From contig JANPJS010000002.1 in the NCBI GenBank assembly GCA_031425655.1, positions 1-16,297 on the forward strand: a stretch of 16,297 bases of DNA. Reading direction: 5' to 3'. Position 1 is the stretch's first letter. Each line of letters begins with the position of its first letter. The notes under the pieces were generated by a model. It did not search any database. It saw only the letters and a program-made list of their open reading frames with translations, and was not told the origin of the DNA. The position numbers and the translations under genes are program-made. Shown here in pieces: positions 7,328 through 16,272 of this stretch. This DNA is from Abditibacteriaceae bacterium. GTDB lineage: Bacteria; Armatimonadota; Abditibacteriia; Abditibacteriales; Abditibacteriaceae.

Positions 7328-8368
7328 TTAGCCTTGCAGCCATTCTTTGTTTTCCGGCTTGTCAATGTCTTCAGTCGTCAGCAGTTTCACGCCGGTGTCA
7401 ATGCGCGGCTTAACTTCTTTACCGGCTTTCTTATCGGCAATGGCTTTGACGCCTTCGTAACCCATCTTGAATGGATTTTGCACAATGATGGAATCCACGT
7501 CGCCTTTCCGCACCGCTTCGACTAAGATGTCGGGCGTATCGAAGCCGATAACTTTGATTTTGCCTAACTTCTGGCGCGAACGTATGGCATTGAGCGCGCC
7601 GACCGCCGAGCTTTCGTTTGAGCCGAAAATCGCCAGCATATTGGGGTGCGCGGTCAGCATATCCTGCGCCACGGTCATGCTTTTCTTGCGGTCGCTTTCG
7701 CCGAATTGCGAGATGATGACTTTCACTTTGCCGCCGGACAACGCTTTGATTTTGTCGGTGAAGCCTTTTTCGCGCTTTTCGGTAGATTCGGAGTTGGCCT
7801 GCACCGGCACCATGCCAATGGGGCCTTTGCCGCCCGTCAATTTCCAGATGCGCTCGGCAGCCATCGCGCCGCCGATTTCGTTGTCGGTGGCAACATAAGA
7901 AATGCGATTTTTCGTGTCGGCATCGCTGTCGGCGATGACAACCGGAATGCCTGCTTTAGCCGCTTTATCAATGGCCGGCACCAGCGCGGTTTTGTTGTTG
8001 GGCGCGATGACAATGCCGTCCACTTTTTTGGTGATCTGGTCTTCGACGATTTGCTGCTGCTGTTTGGTGCCGTCGCTTTCGCTGGCCGGGCCGACCCAGA
8101 TGATTTCCGCGTTCATCTCGCTGCCGGCCTTTTCCGCGCCGCGCCGAATGGCCTGCCAGAACGAATGCGTGAGTCCTTTGGGAATCACGGCAATCCGCAT
8201 CTTTGCGTCGCCCGCACCGCCGCTTGTCGCTGCCGGCGAAACGCTGTTCGTAACCGGCGCTGCTGCTTCCGGCGGGTTTCCATTGCCGCAGCCACCCAAA
8301 ACCAACGCGCCGCCCAACAACACCGAAGCCGCGCTCAGCGGCGCCGTCCGTGCAAAAAACCGAGTCAT
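7328..8368 (-). CDS. Sugar ABC transporter substrate-binding lipoprotein (RbsB-like), about 346 aa
   Basis: Lipobox LVLGG-C, IAVIPKGLTHSFWQAI, VDGIVIAP, YVATDN, VIGFD and IVQNPFKMGY. AAGGAG at 8375-8380 favours ATG 8368 (8371 possible). Confidence 0.92.
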   Translation of the reverse strand: MTRFFARTAPLSAASVLLGGALVLGGCGNGNPPEAAAPVTNSVSPAATSGGAGDAKMRIAVIPKGLTHSFWQAIRRGAEKAGSEMNAEIIWVGPASESDGTKQQQQIVEDQITKKVDGIVIAPNNKTALVPAIDKAAKAGIPVVIADSDADTKNRISYVATDNEIGGAMAAERIWKLTGGKGPIGMVPVQANSESTEKREKGFTDKIKALSGGKVKVIISQFGESDRKKSMTVAQDMLTAHPNMLAIFGSNESSAVGALNAIRSRQKLGKIKVIGFDTPDILVEAVRKGDVDSIIVQNPFKMGYEGVKAIADKKAGKEVKPRIDTGVKLLTTEDIDKPENKEWLQG

Positions 8369-8410
8369 CATGCGCTCCTTGAAAATTCTTTGAGGGAAAA
8401 TGTCAAGCCT

Positions 8411-8419
8411 ATTATAACA
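8411..8419 (-). promoter_or_regulatory. Extended -10 sigma-70-type promoter for the polyol ABC operon
   Basis: Minus strand reads TGTTATAAT (TGn + perfect TATAAT), about 40 nt upstream of the SBP start. Confidence 0.55.
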
Positions 8420-8528
8420 ACCGCTTCCTTCGGTTAAAAACATTTTAAGAACGCGACTCAACGGTTTCAACGGCATTTGGACGCCGCGCCGGACGCACAT
8501 CGCGCTAAACTGGCGCCAACCAACCCTC

Positions 8529-9374
8529 ATGCTGACCTACGATCCGGCCTCAACTGCGGCCACACGCGCCATTCTGCACGAACTCGGCGCCGCGCCCAAT
8601 CGCACGATGGGCCAGAATTTTCTGACCAACGGCGGCGCTCTCGACCGCATCGTGTCCACGGCGAAAATCGGCACCTCCGACACGGTTTTGGAAATCGGCC
8701 CCGGTTTGGGCGCGCTCACCACGCGACTTGTGCAACGCGCCGCGCAGGTGACGGCCATCGAAAAAGACGCGCAGTTTTTGGATTTACTGCGCGAAAAACT
8801 GCCGTCTCTGCATTTAATTCCCGGCGATGCGCTGAAAGTGGCGTGGGAAGAACTCGGCTTGCCCGAATCGGGCGTTAAAGTCGCGGCGAATCTGCCCTAC
8901 TCGATTTCCAAGCCGATGCTGCGCCGCCTGATGGAAGATTGGCGCCCGCATTTGCACAGCGCAACGCTGACGGTGCAGCGCGAAGTGGCCGAACGCATCG
9001 TGGCCAGTCCGAACACTTCGGCTTACGGCCCGATGGCGATTATGTGTGCGCTGCACGGCCATGCGAAGCGCGTTTTCGACATCGCGCCCGGCTCGTTTTT
9101 GCCGCCGCCCGCCGTGACTTCGTCGGTGGTTCACATCGTTATGCGCGAGCAGCCGGCGGTTGAAATCGCCGACGAAGCGTTTTTCTGGCGCGTGATCAAC
9201 GCCGCTTTCGGACAGCGCCGCAAGCAACTCGCAAACACGCTGCGCGCGGTTATCGCCGACAAAGCGCAACTGGCCGAAGCGTTAAATTCTGTGGATATTG
9301 ACCCGCTGCGGCGCGGCGAAACACTGTCGCTGCAAGAGTTCGCAGCATTGTCGCGGCGCTTGAGCGAAAATTAA
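8529..9374 (+). CDS. rsmA: 16S rRNA m6,2A1518/A1519 dimethyltransferase RsmA (KsgA), 281 aa
   Basis: GQNFL, VLEIGPGLGALT, AIEKD, ANLPYSIS, QREVAERI, SFLPPPAVTS, FGQRRKQL and RGETLS motifs. Confidence 0.96.
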   Translation: MLTYDPASTAATRAILHELGAAPNRTMGQNFLTNGGALDRIVSTAKIGTSDTVLEIGPGLGALTTRLVQRAAQVTAIEKDAQFLDLLREKLPSLHLIPGDALKVAWEELGLPESGVKVAANLPYSISKPMLRRLMEDWRPHLHSATLTVQREVAERIVASPNTSAYGPMAIMCALHGHAKRVFDIAPGSFLPPPAVTSSVVHIVMREQPAVEIADEAFFWRVINAAFGQRRKQLANTLRAVIADKAQLAEALNSVDIDPLRRGETLSLQEFAALSRRLSEN

Positions 9375-9381
9375 AGGCACC

Positions 9382-10185
9382 ATGGCAAAACTCGGCTTTA
9401 TTCATTACAACTGGCCCGGCTTTTCGTTCGATGATTTCCTGCGTTTCGCCAGCGAAAACGGCGCCGATTACGTCGAACTGCAACTGACCGACGTGTGCGA
9501 AAACGACGCTTTCGACGAAGAACGTGCCGCCGATGTGCGCCAGAAAGTCGAAAGTTACGGCCTCAAAGTCTCGGCTCTGGCCTCGCGCAACGACTTCGTG
9601 CAAGCCGACCCCGAAGCCGTCGCATTTCAGGTAGATCGCATGAAAAACGTTGCACAACTGGCAACAATTCTCTGCGACGAGCCGATTTTGCGAAGCGAAG
9701 GCGGACAGCCCAAAGACAGCGTGCCGCCCGAAAACTGGGGCGATGCGCTTTACGAATGCTTCGCGCGCTGCACTGGCTTCGCGGAGCAAATGGGCGTCAC
9801 TTTAGCGATTGACAACCACGGCATCGTCACCAATAACGGCGATTTGCTGATCGCGCTTTTGCGGCGCGTCAACCATCCGCGCATCGGCTCCAATTTGGAC
9901 ACCATGAACTTCCGCTGGGCCGGAAATTCCATCGCCGATTGCAACCGCTTCTACGAAGAACTGGCTCCGTTCGTCAAACACACGCATTTGAAAGATGGCT
10001 TCGGCAGTTTCAAGGATTATCGCGGCACGGCACTCGGCGACGGTGAAATTGATTTGCAACACGCGCTTATTTCGCTGAAAAATGCGGGTTACAACGGCGT
10101 TTATTTAGCCGAATACGAAGGCGAAGAAACTGCCGGCGGCATCGGCTATGGCAAGTGCATCGAGTGGATGAAGGTCAATGTCTGA
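9382..10185 (+). CDS. Sugar phosphate isomerase/epimerase (xylose isomerase-like TIM barrel), 267 aa
   Basis: GADYVEL, LAIDNHG, NLDTMNF, HTHLKD, LGDGEID and GYNGVYLAEYE. RBS AAAGG. Confidence 0.88.
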   Translation: MAKLGFIHYNWPGFSFDDFLRFASENGADYVELQLTDVCENDAFDEERAADVRQKVESYGLKVSALASRNDFVQADPEAVAFQVDRMKNVAQLATILCDEPILRSEGGQPKDSVPPENWGDALYECFARCTGFAEQMGVTLAIDNHGIVTNNGDLLIALLRRVNHPRIGSNLDTMNFRWAGNSIADCNRFYEELAPFVKHTHLKDGFGSFKDYRGTALGDGEIDLQHALISLKNAGYNGVYLAEYEGEETAGGIGYGKCIEWMKVNV

Positions 10186-11089
10186 CCACTTCTTCGATCT
10201 TCAAGTCAACGGTTACGCGGGCGTGGATTTCAACCGCGACGGCTTGACCGGCGAAGAACTACATCGCGCCTGCACAGCGCTCAAAGCGGCGGGAGTCATC
10301 GGCTTTTTGCCGACGATTATCACCGAACACATCCCCGTTATGGCGCGGCGCTTGGAAACGCTGGCGCGGCTGCGCGAAGCTGACCCGTTGGCCCGTGCGC
10401 TGATTCGCGGCTTTCACATCGAAGGCCCGTTCATCTCGCCGCTCGACGGTTTTCGCGGCGCGCACCCCGCCGATGCGATTCGCGCCGCCAATCTTGATGA
10501 GATGAAAGTGCTGCTCGACGCCGCGCAAGGCTTGGCAAAACTCGTCACGATGGCGCCCGAATGCGACGAAGATTTCGCCGTGACGCGCTTTCTCAGCGCG
10601 CAAAACATCCGCGTTGCGGCGGGGCACAGCGATGCTTCACTCGATCAGCTACGCGGCGCGTTGGACGCTGGATTATCGCTGTTCACGCATTTGGGCAACG
10701 GCTGTCCGATGCTGCTGCCGCGCCACGATAACATCGTGCAACGCGCGCTGAGTCTGGAAAAACTCAAGTTGTCGTTTATTGCCGACGGCGCGCATATTCC
10801 GTTTTTTGCGCTCAAAAATCACATTCGCGGGGCAGGAATCGAACGCTGTATCATCGTCACCGACGCGATTGCGCCAGCCAGTCTGGGGCCGGGACGCTAC
10901 ACGATGGGCCGTTGGGAATTGGAAATCGGCGCCGACATGGTGGCAAGGGCGCCGGACGGCTCGCATTTGGTCGGCGCTGCCATCACCATGCCGCAAAGCG
11001 CGCAGAATTTAGTCGAACATCTTGCCTTGTCGGAAAGCGATGTGCGCCGATTGACGTGGGATAATCCGCGCACATTTTTGGAAACGTGA
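10178..11089 (+). CDS. nagA: N-acetylglucosamine-6-phosphate deacetylase (short form), 303 aa
   Basis: [52 protein letters not shown] and VTDA. Overlaps the upstream gene by 8 nt. Confidence 0.88.
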   Translation: MSDHFFDLQVNGYAGVDFNRDGLTGEELHRACTALKAAGVIGFLPTIITEHIPVMARRLETLARLREADPLARALIRGFHIEGPFISPLDGFRGAHPADAIRAANLDEMKVLLDAAQGLAKLVTMAPECDEDFAVTRFLSAQNIRVAAGHSDASLDQLRGALDAGLSLFTHLGNGCPMLLPRHDNIVQRALSLEKLKLSFIADGAHIPFFALKNHIRGAGIERCIIVTDAIAPASLGPGRYTMGRWELEIGADMVARAPDGSHLVGAAITMPQSAQNLVEHLALSESDVRRLTWDNPRTFLET

Positions 11090-11094
11090 GTTCA

Positions 11095-11174
11095 AACACA
11101 AAGGACACGAAGGCGGCACAGAGGCCACAAAAAACTTTGTGCCCCTTTGTGAAATCCTTTGTGCTCTTTGTGTT
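11095..11174. repeat. CACAAAG-family palindromic element, degenerate copy 3
   Basis: AACACAAAGGACACGAAGGCGGCACAGAGGCCACAAAA followed by inverted CTTTGTG units ending CTCTTTGTGTT. Confidence 0.8.
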
Positions 11175-11186
11175 AAAAGTTTCAAA

Positions 11187-11918
11187 ATGCAAATCATCAT
11201 TAGCGAAAACAAAACCGAAAGCGGCTTCCGCGCCGCACACGACGGTGCAGCTTCCATTCGCGCCGCCATTGCCGAAAACGGCGCCGCCAATATCATCGTG
11301 GCAACCGGCGCCTCGCAATTTGAAATGTTAGCCGCCCTTGTGCGCGAAGACCTGGATTGGTCGCGCGTGACCGGCTTTCACTTGGACGAATATATCGGAG
11401 TGCCGCTGACGCATCCGGCCTCGTTTCGCAAGTATTTGAAAGAGCGATTCGTGGATTTGCTGCCGTTAGCCGCGTTTCACTACGTCAGCGGCGAAGGCGA
11501 CGCGCAGGCCGAATGCGACCGCTTGGGCGAGATTATCGCGCAGTTTCCGATTGATGTAGCCTTTGTCGGCATCGGCGAAAATGGCCACTTGGCCTTCAAC
11601 GATCCACCCGCCGATTTCGCAACGCCCGCGCCTTATCTCGTGGTCAATTTGGACGACGATTGCAAAGCGCAGCAAATGGGCGAAGGCTGGTTCCCAACGC
11701 TGAATGACGTGCCATCGCAGGCGATTTCGATGGGAATTCAACAGATTCTAAAATCACGCGCCATCGTTTGCACCGTGCCCGACGAGCGCAAAGCCGTCGC
11801 GGTGAAAAACACCGTCGAAGGCGCAATTACGCCCGATGTGCCCGCTTCGATTCTGCAAACGCACGCGGCAACGACGCTTTATCTCGACCGGCCCGCCGCT
11901 TCGCTTTTATCCCAATGA
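11187..11918 (+). CDS. nagB: Glucosamine-6-phosphate deaminase, 243 aa
   Basis: [39 protein letters not shown] and [11 protein letters not shown] 11187 chosen because the ORF-track start 11139 lies in the repeat. Confidence 0.88.
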   Translation: MQIIISENKTESGFRAAHDGAASIRAAIAENGAANIIVATGASQFEMLAALVREDLDWSRVTGFHLDEYIGVPLTHPASFRKYLKERFVDLLPLAAFHYVSGEGDAQAECDRLGEIIAQFPIDVAFVGIGENGHLAFNDPPADFATPAPYLVVNLDDDCKAQQMGEGWFPTLNDVPSQAISMGIQQILKSRAIVCTVPDERKAVAVKNTVEGAITPDVPASILQTHAATTLYLDRPAASLLSQ

Positions 11919-13714
11919 AACACCTGATTTTGGCGTTTTTGCTGTGCGCGGTGCCGACTTTTGCTCAACCCAAACCCATGTTTCAACTGCGTCCGCCCGC
12001 CGCATCACCGTTTCCCATCGCGCTCGATGCCGCGCAAAAAGCGCGCTTAAACGAAGCCCTCAAAGGCCAGCACGCGGCTTACGATGCCGACGCGCAAATG
12101 CTGAAAAAGCCTTTCAATTCACCGGGCTACCACACCACGCTCAAAGGCGGCACCGTTCATCCTACGCGCGATGCCGCCGCTTATGCCGCCGCGATTCTCG
12201 ACACCGGCGACGCGGAACTGCAAACGCGGGCCGAAGGTGTGCTTCGCAAAATCGTCAGCTTGCAAGACACCAATCCCGAATCGAAAACTTACGGCATCTG
12301 GTCGTGGTTTCATGAAGAACCACTGGCGCAAATGGCGCCGCCCGACTGGAACTGGGCCGATTTTATCGGCGTGCAGCTTTTGCAAGTCGCGCTTTCGCAC
12401 CGCGAACGATTGCCCGCCGATTTGCTGACACAAATTGACGCCGCTATCGGCCACGCCTGCCGCGCCATCATCAAACGCAATGTCGGGCCGGGCTATACCA
12501 ACATCGCCATCATGGGCACTTATGTCACCCTTGTGGCTGGCGAGCTTTACGATTGCGCCGAGTTCCGCGATTACGGCTTGCAGCGATTGAAAAACTTTCA
12601 TGCTTTCACGCTGAAGCACGGCGCGTTTTCGGAATACAACAGCCCAACTTATACCTTCGTCGCTCTCGAAGAAATCGGGCGTTTGCGCGCCAATGTTCGC
12701 ACGCCCGAAGCCAAGCCGCTCGTCGAAGATATTTATCGCGTGGCGTGGGAAGAAATTGCCCATCATTTTCACGCGCCGACGCGCCAATGGGCCGGGCCGC
12801 ATTCGCGCGCTTACCGCTCGCTGCTCGGCGGCAACGTCTTAGCGCAAATCGAACGCTCGACAGAAGGCCGCGTAAAATTTGGCGAGAAAACCGCGCCGAA
12901 TCTGACCGAACATCGCCTGCCGCTGCCCTGCCCGCGCGATTTGGAGCCGTATTTCACGAAATTAGACGCACCGCGCGAGTTCGTAAAAACCTTTGTGCGC
13001 GATGCAAACCCGGTCGTCGGCACGACGTATTTAGCGCCGCAATTCGCATTGGGCACTATTAATCGCGGCGATTTGTGGAATCAGCGTCGCGCACTCATCG
13101 CGTATTGGGGCGACGCCAAAACGCCAAGCTATCTGCATCTACGCTTCCTTCACGATGGCTACGATTTTTCCGCCGCGCAGTTTTTCAGCGCGCAAAAAGG
13201 CGGCAGCGCGCTGTGCGCCATCAACTTCGCGCTGGACGGCGGCGACACGCACGTCAGCCTCGACCGCATCAAAAACGCCACCATTAAAGCCAAAGATTTG
13301 CGCCTTCGCTTTGAATTCGGCGGCGCAGCAGGTAAAACCGTGCCGCTGGCTCCACCAAAATCGTTTGCGCCCACGCATTTGCGATTTGGTAACGTCAATC
13401 TGCAAATTTCTGTGCCCTGGGCACACTTCGGCGACCTTTCCGGGCGTTGGGAAGCCGTCCAAAAAGACGATAAAGCATGGTTGGATTTCGTGTTTTATTC
13501 AGGCGAAGAGCGCGATTTCAACTTCGCAGAAATACAGAATGCCGCGATTGCTATCGCGGTGCAATTCAGCGTGGGCGACGCTCCATTTACACTGCCGACT
13601 GAGCATCAAAGGGACGGGCGTTTGGCTGTGAAGTGGGATAATCTGAGCATTGAAATTCCGACTAAGCCCGGCAAAGTCGCCGAGTTGCAAAAAGATTTTA
13701 AGGCAAGCCGGTAA
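11915..13714 (+). CDS. Secreted hypothetical protein, possibly heparinase II/III-like polysaccharide lyase fold, 599 aa
   Basis: ATGA overlap with the nagB stop. Signal peptide [18 protein letters not shown]. Helical N-half with DWNWADF, YTNIA, EYNSPTY and GPHSRAY; beta-rich C-half. The CDS itself is well supported; the product is inferred. Confidence 0.75.
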   Translation: MKHLILAFLLCAVPTFAQPKPMFQLRPPAASPFPIALDAAQKARLNEALKGQHAAYDADAQMLKKPFNSPGYHTTLKGGTVHPTRDAAAYAAAILDTGDAELQTRAEGVLRKIVSLQDTNPESKTYGIWSWFHEEPLAQMAPPDWNWADFIGVQLLQVALSHRERLPADLLTQIDAAIGHACRAIIKRNVGPGYTNIAIMGTYVTLVAGELYDCAEFRDYGLQRLKNFHAFTLKHGAFSEYNSPTYTFVALEEIGRLRANVRTPEAKPLVEDIYRVAWEEIAHHFHAPTRQWAGPHSRAYRSLLGGNVLAQIERSTEGRVKFGEKTAPNLTEHRLPLPCPRDLEPYFTKLDAPREFVKTFVRDANPVVGTTYLAPQFALGTINRGDLWNQRRALIAYWGDAKTPSYLHLRFLHDGYDFSAAQFFSAQKGGSALCAINFALDGGDTHVSLDRIKNATIKAKDLRLRFEFGGAAGKTVPLAPPKSFAPTHLRFGNVNLQISVPWAHFGDLSGRWEAVQKDDKAWLDFVFYSGEERDFNFAEIQNAAIAIAVQFSVGDAPFTLPTEHQRDGRLAVKWDNLSIEIPTKPGKVAELQKDFKASR

Positions 13715-13720
13715 TGTAAA

Positions 13721-13852
13721 TTTTTGCCGGGCGACTAAAGTCGCAGCAACAAAGCAGCAAAGCCCGCCTGCGCGGGCTAAAATTCGAGTTTGTTAGCCTC
13801 CGAAGGGAGGCTTTGCTGCTTTGTTGCTGCGACTTTAGTCGCCCGGCAAAAA
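13721..13852. repeat. REPIN-like doublet of inverted REP units
   Basis: Perfect 44-bp inverted repeat (13721-13764 / 13809-13852). Each arm carries the hairpin GCGAC-TAAA-GTCGC. Inner hairpins are AGCCCGC-CTGC-GCGGGCT (13761-13778) and AGCCTCC-GAAG-GGAGGCT (13795-13812). Confidence 0.9.
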
Positions 13853-13876
13853 AACGAAGGCGCACAAGCAATTTCC

Positions 13877-16270
13877 ATGAAACGATTCTCGTCCATCGCT
13901 CTTTATCTGCTGCTTTTTGCATTCGCCCACACGGCACAGGCGAAGACCAAACTCATCGTCTGGGGTTTGCAATCGGGCAAAGAAACCAAAGGTTTGGACG
14001 CGCAAGTCGCCGAATTTGAAAAGCGCAATCCCGATATTGACGTGTCGCTGCTTTCGATGGGCGCCGGCTCGATGAACCCGCAAAAACTGCTGACGGCCAT
14101 TGTCGGCGGCGTGCCGCCCGATGTCATTAATCAGGATCGCTTCACTATCGGCGATTGGGCTTCGCGGGACGCTTTTCAATCGCTCGACGAGTTTTTAGCC
14201 GCTGAGAAAAAGCTGCCGGACGGCATTCGCGCCGAGAATTTTTACAGCGCCGCGTGGAAAGAAGCGGCTTATAAGGGTCAGATTTACGCGATTCCGACCG
14301 GCATTGACGACCGGATGATGTTTTACAATCGCAAGATGTTCCGCGAGGCCGGCATTAAAAATCCGCCGCAAACATGGGAAGAACTGCTCGAAGTTGCGAA
14401 AAAGCTGACCAAAACCAACAAAGACGGCACCTTCGAGCGCATGGGATTCATTCCCAATTACGGCAACTCGTGGCTGTATCTTTATTCGTGGCAAAACGGC
14501 GGCGAATTCATGTCGCCCGATGGCCGAACCTGCACTTTAAACAATAAATACTCCGTCGAATCGCTCGAATACATGACCAAAGTCTATGACGCTTTGGGCG
14601 GTTACGACCGCGTGAATATCTTTCAGAGCGGCTTTCAAGGCGCCGAGCAAGACCCATTTTATACCGGCAAAATCGGCATGGTGATCACCGGAAACTGGGT
14701 TTTGGGCGGCATCGCGCGTTATGCGCCGGGACTGGATTTCGGCGTGGCGCCGGCGCCGGTGCCTGCTGCGCGCTTGCGCGGCGAAGGGCGTTTTAAAGGC
14801 CAGCCGAAATTCCTGACGTGGACGGGCGGCTTTTCTCTGGCGATGCCCAAAGGCACCAAGCATCCGCAGGAAGCGTGGAAATTCATCAAGTGGATGACTT
14901 CGCCCGACGCCGCTGTTTTAGCCGCCGCGACCGATAAAAAATACAACGAAAGCAAAGGCAAGCCTTTTGTTTTCGGCCTGACCGCGAATCAGAAAATCAA
15001 TGCCGAATTGCTGCGGCGCTTTCCGCCGGCGGGCAAGAACTTAGTCGAAGGCCAGCGCGCGTTTATCGAGATGTTGCCTTACGCGAAATATCGCCCCGTC
15101 ACGTTCGTTGGCCAAACGCTGTGGGACGCTCATGTGCGCGCCTTCGAGCAAGCTGCCGCACACGCAAAAACGCCAAAAGGCGCAATGGACGAACAAACGT
15201 ATCTGGTGCAAAAAGAACTCGATAAATCGTTCGCGCGCGAAAAACTGCCGCTGTTTTCATTCGGCGCACCGGCGCTGATTATTGGCCTGTTATTGGTGGT
15301 CGGCTTAACTTTCGGGGCGATAAACATCCGAAAACAAGTCGGAACTTCGCCGATGGCACGCGGCGAAGCCTTAGCCGGATATTTGATGGCCGCGCCGTGG
15401 ATTATCGGCTTTGTTTTGCTCACGGCGGGGCCGATTTTGGCTTCGCTGCTGATGGCCTTTTCCGATTACGATGTGCTGCACGCGCCGCGCTACGCCGGAT
15501 TAAGCAACTTCCAAACATTATTCACCGACGACCGCGAATTGCTGACCAAAGCATTGGGCAACGCGGCGTATTTAGCCGTTTTCGGCATCCCGCTGGGCAT
15601 GGCGACGGGGCTTGGCATCGCCATGCTGCTCAACATGAAAGTGCGCGGCATGGCATGGTATCGCACCGCGTTTTATATTCCTTCGATTGTGCCTGCGATT
15701 GCCAGTGCGGTTTTATGGGCGTGGATTTTGGCCGGCGACCCGAATAAAGGCTTGCTCAACGCCGTGTGGAAAGCAACGATCACCGATTGGTTCAGCATTG
15801 CGCCGCCGGGCTGGTTCGGCGTGGCGGAATGGGCCAAACCGGGATTGATTGTGCAAGGATTGTGGGGCGCGGGCGGCGGCATGATTTTGTGGCTCGCCGG
15901 CTTGCAGGGCATTCCGCAAAGTCTTTACGAAGCCGCGCAAATTGACGGCGCGCGGGCGTGGAAGCAGTTTCAGCACGTCACGCTGCCGCTGCTGTCGCCG
16001 TATATCTTTTTTCAACTGATTATGGGCACCATCGGCGCCTTGCAGGAGTTCGACCGCGTTTACGTTTTGGGCGGCGGCAGCGGCAACGCCGGGCCGCTTG
16101 ATTCGCTGCTCGTGCCCGTTTTGTATTTGTTCACCAACGCTTTCCGCTATTTCAAAATGGGCTACGCCAGCGCAATTGCGTGGGTGATTTTCGTCATTAT
16201 TTTGGCGCTGACGCTGGTGCAGCTTTGGGCGCAAAAATACTGGGTGCATTACGAAACGGAGAAGAAGTAA
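13877..16270 (+). CDS. Fused carbohydrate ABC transporter substrate-binding protein + MalF/UgpA-type permease (CUT1), 797 aa
   Basis: Signal peptide MKRFSS...AHTAQA-K. SBP family 1 motifs (FEKRNPDIDV, GGVPPDVI, YKGQIYAIP, FYNRKMF, PPQTWEEL, EAWKFIKWM). Permease motifs (GLSNF, YRTAFYIPS, LYEAAQIDGA, FKMGYASAIAW). Confidence 0.92.
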   Translation: MKRFSSIALYLLLFAFAHTAQAKTKLIVWGLQSGKETKGLDAQVAEFEKRNPDIDVSLLSMGAGSMNPQKLLTAIVGGVPPDVINQDRFTIGDWASRDAFQSLDEFLAAEKKLPDGIRAENFYSAAWKEAAYKGQIYAIPTGIDDRMMFYNRKMFREAGIKNPPQTWEELLEVAKKLTKTNKDGTFERMGFIPNYGNSWLYLYSWQNGGEFMSPDGRTCTLNNKYSVESLEYMTKVYDALGGYDRVNIFQSGFQGAEQDPFYTGKIGMVITGNWVLGGIARYAPGLDFGVAPAPVPAARLRGEGRFKGQPKFLTWTGGFSLAMPKGTKHPQEAWKFIKWMTSPDAAVLAAATDKKYNESKGKPFVFGLTANQKINAELLRRFPPAGKNLVEGQRAFIEMLPYAKYRPVTFVGQTLWDAHVRAFEQAAAHAKTPKGAMDEQTYLVQKELDKSFAREKLPLFSFGAPALIIGLLLVVGLTFGAINIRKQVGTSPMARGEALAGYLMAAPWIIGFVLLTAGPILASLLMAFSDYDVLHAPRYAGLSNFQTLFTDDRELLTKALGNAAYLAVFGIPLGMATGLGIAMLLNMKVRGMAWYRTAFYIPSIVPAIASAVLWAWILAGDPNKGLLNAVWKATITDWFSIAPPGWFGVAEWAKPGLIVQGLWGAGGGMILWLAGLQGIPQSLYEAAQIDGARAWKQFQHVTLPLLSPYIFFQLIMGTIGALQEFDRVYVLGGGSGNAGPLDSLLVPVLYLFTNAFRYFKMGYASAIAWVIFVIILALTLVQLWAQKYWVHYETEKK

Positions 16271-16272
16271 CG

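Noticed and set aside
8401..8406. Perfect TTGACA on the minus strand as a -35 box
   Set aside because: It lies downstream of the TATAAT, and no -10 box sits 17 nt further on (that position overlaps the RBS).
7646..8437. 263-aa plus-strand ORF and similar long antisense ORFs (1147-1755, 3231-3959, 12119-12802, 15713-16297)
   Set aside because: They are shadows of well-supported genes on the opposite strand in GC-rich DNA and carry no recognisable motifs.
8372..8530. Extended start of the SBP ORF (400 aa)
   Set aside because: It runs across the divergent promoter region up to rsmA. AAGGAG and the lipoprotein signal support a start at 8368/8371.
11086..11331. 81-aa ORF beginning MSSNTKDTK
   Set aside because: It is a translation of the CACAAAG repeat and overlaps nagB out of frame.
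13721..13852. The palindrome as a riboswitch or tRNA-like RNA
   Set aside because: Two-fold symmetry with perfect arms fits a REP doublet, and no tRNA or known riboswitch consensus was recognised.
11768..13876. ORF-track starts at 11768 and 13790
   Set aside because: They fall inside nagB and inside the REPIN-like element. Signal peptides begin at ATG 11915 and ATG 13877.
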